NCBI GenBank assembly: GCA_963702005.1
Contig: OY969696.1
Coordinates: forward strand, 3,008,001 to 3,072,000
DNA from: Candidatus Aminicenantes bacterium
Lineage (GTDB): Bacteria > Acidobacteriota > Aminicenantia > Aminicenantales > JAFGBC01
DNA length: 64,000 nt
Reading direction: 5' to 3'
Shown in pieces: positions 60,186 to 64,000 of this stretch. The position numbers were made by a program, and so were the translations under genes. The notes beneath the pieces were generated by a model. It did not search any database and was not told the origin of the DNA. It saw only the letters and a list, made by a program, of their open reading frames with translations. Within the stretch, counting starts at the first letter, position 1, and each line of letters opens with the position of its first letter.

Positions 60186-63100
60186 ATGAATAAGAGCCTC
60201 GGTCTATTTTCGCTTTTCGCCTCGGTCGCGCTGGCCGCCGCCTTTCTCTTCTCCGCCCAGGCTCTGGGCCAGGATGGGGGCCAGGCCGGATGGCTCCGCG
60301 TTTACGGAGTCAAGGCCGAGGAGATGCAGGTCCTCAAGGGGCCATCCTTCATGGCCGGATTCCTGGTCGGGACGTCCGTAGTCACCGCCGCGGACGGAAA
60401 TTTCCTCGTCGCCGGATATGTCAGGGCCTACGAGGGCCATCCCGTCGAGCTGGCGGTTTTCAAGATCGACCCGGCCGGCACCATCCTTTGGTACAAAGAG
60501 TATGCTCCGCCTAAGGGCCGATTTCCGGGGACTCCGTCCTTCCCCAGGGACCAGTGCGGATGGGCTCAGCTTGTGCCGCTCAACGACGGCGGCGCGCTCG
60601 TCGCTTTCGGGTCGGTCGTCCTCCACATCGAAAAGAACGGCAGGCCCGCCGAAGCCATCGAACTCAGACCGGCCGGACCGCCGGGAGACAAGGAGGGCTC
60701 CTCTTTCCTCCTCAAGAACCTGATATCGCTCGGCGAGCGCGGATTCGCCGTCGCCGGCGTATACACGCCGCCGTCCATAGCCCATAAGTTCGCCTCCATC
60801 TTCGCGGCCCGCATCGATTACAGCGGCGAGATCGTCTGGGCCCAGAACTATCCCGGCCTCGAGCCCTGCGAGCAACCTTCTCTCCTGGTCTCCCCCAGCG
60901 GGGCTTGGATCATCGGCAGCGAGCCCAAAGCCATCGCCGGGATTAATCCTAAAACAGGAGAGGCCGTCTGGGCCTGGACCGTGTTTCATCAGCCGTTCCA
61001 GCGCGGCCTCAAGGAGCGCCCGGACGTAGGCAGGCTTCTTCACTACCGCAGCCTCAGCCTGGCATCCAATGGCGATATTATTTTCAGCGGAATCTACGAC
61101 CTCTCCTGGTCAACCTATAGGGCGCCCGCCGCCCTCCTCGCGCGGATGAACCCGGACGCGAGCGGTTTCAAGTGGATCGAGCGGGTTCACAGCACGGGCC
61201 ACGGCGGATTCAGCGCCGTCAACGCCGTTAAAGCCGTAGGCGAGGATTTCTATCTGGTCGGGACGTCGACCGAATTCGGCGCCTCCGACATCTACATGAA
61301 CAACAACGTCCTGGCCGCCAAAATGAGCGGCAACGGCGCTCTTCAGTGGATCCGCTCGATCGGAAAGAAGAAGCTGTCGACCGCCGAGTCCGAATACTGC
61401 AACGAGATGGGAAACGCTCTGGCCTTGACGGCCGACGGAGGCCTGATCCTGGCCGGCGCCTCGAACTCCTTCGCCCACCCCGATCCCGGCTTCCACATGG
61501 TCATACGCTGGACGGAAATGCACTATGACCTCGTCCTGGCCCGGATCGGGGCCGGCGGCGGAATCGCCAACCTCCCGGCCGGCCGTTACCCGCGAATCCT
61601 GAGTATCGCCGATCCCGGCGATCCGAAAAAGGTCGATGTCGTCAACCCTCCCATGGGAGTCCAGAGGCTCGACCTCAAGTCCGAAGAGCTGACGGCCGAA
61701 ACGAACAGGCTGGCTTACTCCTCCCTGACGGGCGAAATCCAGACCCAAATCACAACGTCCGGGACGGGGACGGGCGGAGGCGCGGACTCCCTCACTCCGG
61801 TCGCCGATTTCAAGCTGCTGCCGCCCCCGTCCGAAGGCAGCCCGCGCGTTCTGTTCGACGCCACGATTTCCAAAGCGTCGGAGGGCGCGACGATCATGCG
61901 CTATGATTGGACCTTCGGAGACGGGAAAACGGGAACCTCGGCTAAAACCTGGCACCAATACCCGAGCGCGAACACCTGGGCGGTCGGCCTAACGGTCGTT
62001 GACAGCAAAGGGCGCGAAGCGAGCGTCACCAAGCAGGTCGTCGTGGGTTGTATCGTGCGCGGCAAGGGCATCCCGCCCGCCTTCGCCTCCGGGACGAAGG
62101 CGGATTACACGATCGAAGTCGTGACTGGAGACGTCGAGGACGCCGGAACGGACGCCAACGTTTACATGGCCCTTTACGGGAAAGAGGATGCGAACGGCCA
62201 GCGCAACGCCAGCGGAGACATGTACTTGAGCCCCAGTTACGAATCCGCCTGGAGCTCGAATATATTCGAGCGGGGCCAGAAGAATACTTTTGTGATTACG
62301 GATCAGTGGAGCCTCGACGACGTCGATCACATGATCCTCCGGCATGACAACCTCCCAGACAAACCCGGCTGGTACGTCCAAGGCGTCAAGATCACCAACA
62401 ACACGACCAAGGCCGAATGGATCTTCGTTCCCGACCAATGGCTGGCCGACGACGAAGGCCCCGACCACAGGACCTGGGGAAAGTTCACGCCGGTCGAACC
62501 GTATCCGGCCGGCATTCTCCTCAAAGGCAAACCGGCCAGCCACGGCCTGAGCGCGGCCAGCGACAATGTCGTCATACTTGAAAACGGCCTGACCGAGTTC
62601 TATTTCACGACCTGCGAGAAAGGATGGTTCACCCAAGTCTTCTACTCGAGCGGCGTCCTGCTGGGATCCAGCTCCACGGACGGTTCGGGTCCGATAATCT
62701 TCCCCTATATCAAGAAAGAGCAGTGGGGCGTCAAGTGCGAGACGAGCAAGATCGCCAAGCCGGAATCGTTCAGGGTCCAGATTGGCGATAAGAAGACCCT
62801 GGTCTGGGTTTTTCCCAATAACTGGAAGGGATACGAGGAAGAGGCCCGCAAGATCGCCCTCCTCTACCCGCTCCGCAACGAGACCAGCGTATTCAGCTAC
62901 GCGAGTACAGCCAAGACCTTCCTCCTCGGCCAGGTCAACACGGAGACCTTAGAGCAGATCCTGCTGCCCATCCTCGACTACGGGACGGCCGCCCTGGGGA
63001 TCTTCGGAGATATCCCCGACGAACGTCTCAGCTGGTACCTGGAAAACAACACGGACAAATACACCCAGTACAAGGTTCTCAAGGTTACGGCCCAACTCCT

Positions 63101-63764
63101 CAATAAGGTCGAGACCGACCTCAAGCCGGTCGTTTCCGCGTTCTTCGATTTGATGGATACGTTGTGGAAAGCCAAGAATTGGGCCGAGCGCCTTCCCGAC
63201 GTCATCGGCATCTCGGCCGACGCGCCCAACGCCAACGACCTCCTCAAGCAGCTTGCCGACAACGACCAGAATTTCAACCAGATTATTTACATATTCGCCG
63301 GTCTCAAGACAAAATTCGACGCCCTGGTGACGGCCGTCGGCGCCAACAATCCCTCGACCGCCCGCAGCCTACTCGAGGACCTCCGGGATATCGCGGTCGG
63401 ACCCAACCCGAAAAGCGAGTCCCAGACCAGCCACCTCCTCCACTACGGAGACTACGGGATCACTAGAGCCGGATCGGATACCGCCCACGACTATCCGCTC
63501 GCCCTGCTCCTCATCCTGGAATTCAACAATATCAGGGACTGGAGGAACGGAGGCCATCCCTACCTGAATTCGGCGTGGAGCAAGGAACAATCCGACATGA
63601 GAATGACCCTTCCGAATTACGTGCCGCCCTGGAATCCGGTGACCGCCACCCGAGCGGCGCTGGATTCCTTCGCCCCGATCATCGAGAACATTTCCAACAT
63701 CGCCAGCATCTTCATCGATACGGCCCTCTGCGTCGACGACAAAGATCCGCAGTGGATGAACTGA
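60186..63764 (+). CDS. Large secreted protein: propeller-like repeats, PKD domain, PLAT/LH2 domain, unknown helical C-terminus
   Basis: YDWTFGDG (PKD); YTIEVVTGDVEDAGTDANVY...FERGQ...RHDN...PGWYV...QWLA (PLAT). Confidence 0.85.
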   Translation: MNKSLGLFSLFASVALAAAFLFSAQALGQDGGQAGWLRVYGVKAEEMQVLKGPSFMAGFLVGTSVVTAADGNFLVAGYVRAYEGHPVELAVFKIDPAGTILWYKEYAPPKGRFPGTPSFPRDQCGWAQLVPLNDGGALVAFGSVVLHIEKNGRPAEAIELRPAGPPGDKEGSSFLLKNLISLGERGFAVAGVYTPPSIAHKFASIFAARIDYSGEIVWAQNYPGLEPCEQPSLLVSPSGAWIIGSEPKAIAGINPKTGEAVWAWTVFHQPFQRGLKERPDVGRLLHYRSLSLASNGDIIFSGIYDLSWSTYRAPAALLARMNPDASGFKWIERVHSTGHGGFSAVNAVKAVGEDFYLVGTSTEFGASDIYMNNNVLAAKMSGNGALQWIRSIGKKKLSTAESEYCNEMGNALALTADGGLILAGASNSFAHPDPGFHMVIRWTEMHYDLVLARIGAGGGIANLPAGRYPRILSIADPGDPKKVDVVNPPMGVQRLDLKSEELTAETNRLAYSSLTGEIQTQITTSGTGTGGGADSLTPVADFKLLPPPSEGSPRVLFDATISKASEGATIMRYDWTFGDGKTGTSAKTWHQYPSANTWAVGLTVVDSKGREASVTKQVVVGCIVRGKGIPPAFASGTKADYTIEVVTGDVEDAGTDANVYMALYGKEDANGQRNASGDMYLSPSYESAWSSNIFERGQKNTFVITDQWSLDDVDHMILRHDNLPDKPGWYVQGVKITNNTTKAEWIFVPDQWLADDEGPDHRTWGKFTPVEPYPAGILLKGKPASHGLSAASDNVVILENGLTEFYFTTCEKGWFTQVFYSSGVLLGSSSTDGSGPIIFPYIKKEQWGVKCETSKIAKPESFRVQIGDKKTLVWVFPNNWKGYEEEARKIALLYPLRNETSVFSYASTAKTFLLGQVNTETLEQILLPILDYGTAALGIFGDIPDERLSWYLENNTDKYTQYKVLKVTAQLLNKVETDLKPVVSAFFDLMDTLWKAKNWAERLPDVIGISADAPNANDLLKQLADNDQNFNQIIYIFAGLKTKFDALVTAVGANNPSTARSLLEDLRDIAVGPNPKSESQTSHLLHYGDYGITRAGSDTAHDYPLALLLILEFNNIRDWRNGGHPYLNSAWSKEQSDMRMTLPNYVPPWNPVTATRAALDSFAPIIENISNIASIFIDTALCVDDKDPQWMN

Positions 63765-63791
63765 GGCCGCGGAAAGCGGAATCGGAAGGAG

Positions 63792-63835
63792 CGCGCCCGG
63801 AGGGATTTGAACCCCCGACCTTTGGATTCGTAGTC
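63792..63835 (-). other. 3' fragment of tRNA-Arg(ACG); probable att site of an integrated element
   Basis: GACTACGAATCCAAAGGTCGGGGGTTCAAATCCCTCCGGGCGCG; the D-arm and 5' acceptor strand are absent. Confidence 0.8.
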
Positions 63836-64000
63836 TACAGCCGCATTGCAGCTTGCCCGCACAATGTTTTCCTATAATCCGTAACAAAAGCACCGAACTT
63901 CATCGCGGCGCCGCCGGTCGCCATGACGCCGTGGCCGTCGTCGGCGTTCGCAGTGATCTCGAAATCAGATACCTTGAAGGGCCACCGGCCGACTAGCGAT

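Noticed and set aside
63790-63870. Complete tRNA-Arg gene
   Set aside because: The 5' acceptor strand and D-arm are missing; treated as an att-like fragment

Overview
GC-rich bacterial chromosomal segment. The gene repertoire (VWA-like protein, 6-bladed propeller, tricorn protease, BNR-repeat secreted proteins) suggests Ca. Aminicenantes/Acidobacteriota, which is an inference. It carries housekeeping genes (ybaB, dnaX, rocD, hom, tadA, thrC, fusA, apt, tsaE, nnr, gap-pgk-tpiA-secG, trxC, hemW, galK), three intact tRNAs (Ser-GGA, Ser-CGA, Leu-GAG) and many secreted or accessory proteins. The most notable element is a tightly coupled minus-strand cluster at 10.3-16.2 kb. It encodes an MglA-like GTPase lacking the intrinsic catalytic Arg, four stand-alone Roadblock-like proteins (one with a RomR-C/PopZ-like tail), a 359-aa protein with a possible DENN-like N-terminus and Roadblock-like C-terminus, and a pseudokinase fused to a RomR-type receiver. 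It looks like a rewired GTPase polarity/signalling module. Also notable: a ~200-bp structured repeat in two copies with an exchanged hairpin, a secreted PKD+PLAT/LH2 protein, a 3' tRNA-Arg(ACG) fragment marking a probable integration site at the right edge, direct repeats flanking a lower-GC gene, and several frameshifted or deleted genes. No rRNA, CRISPR array, integrase or transposase was seen. All calls come from reading motifs by eye; no database search was run.
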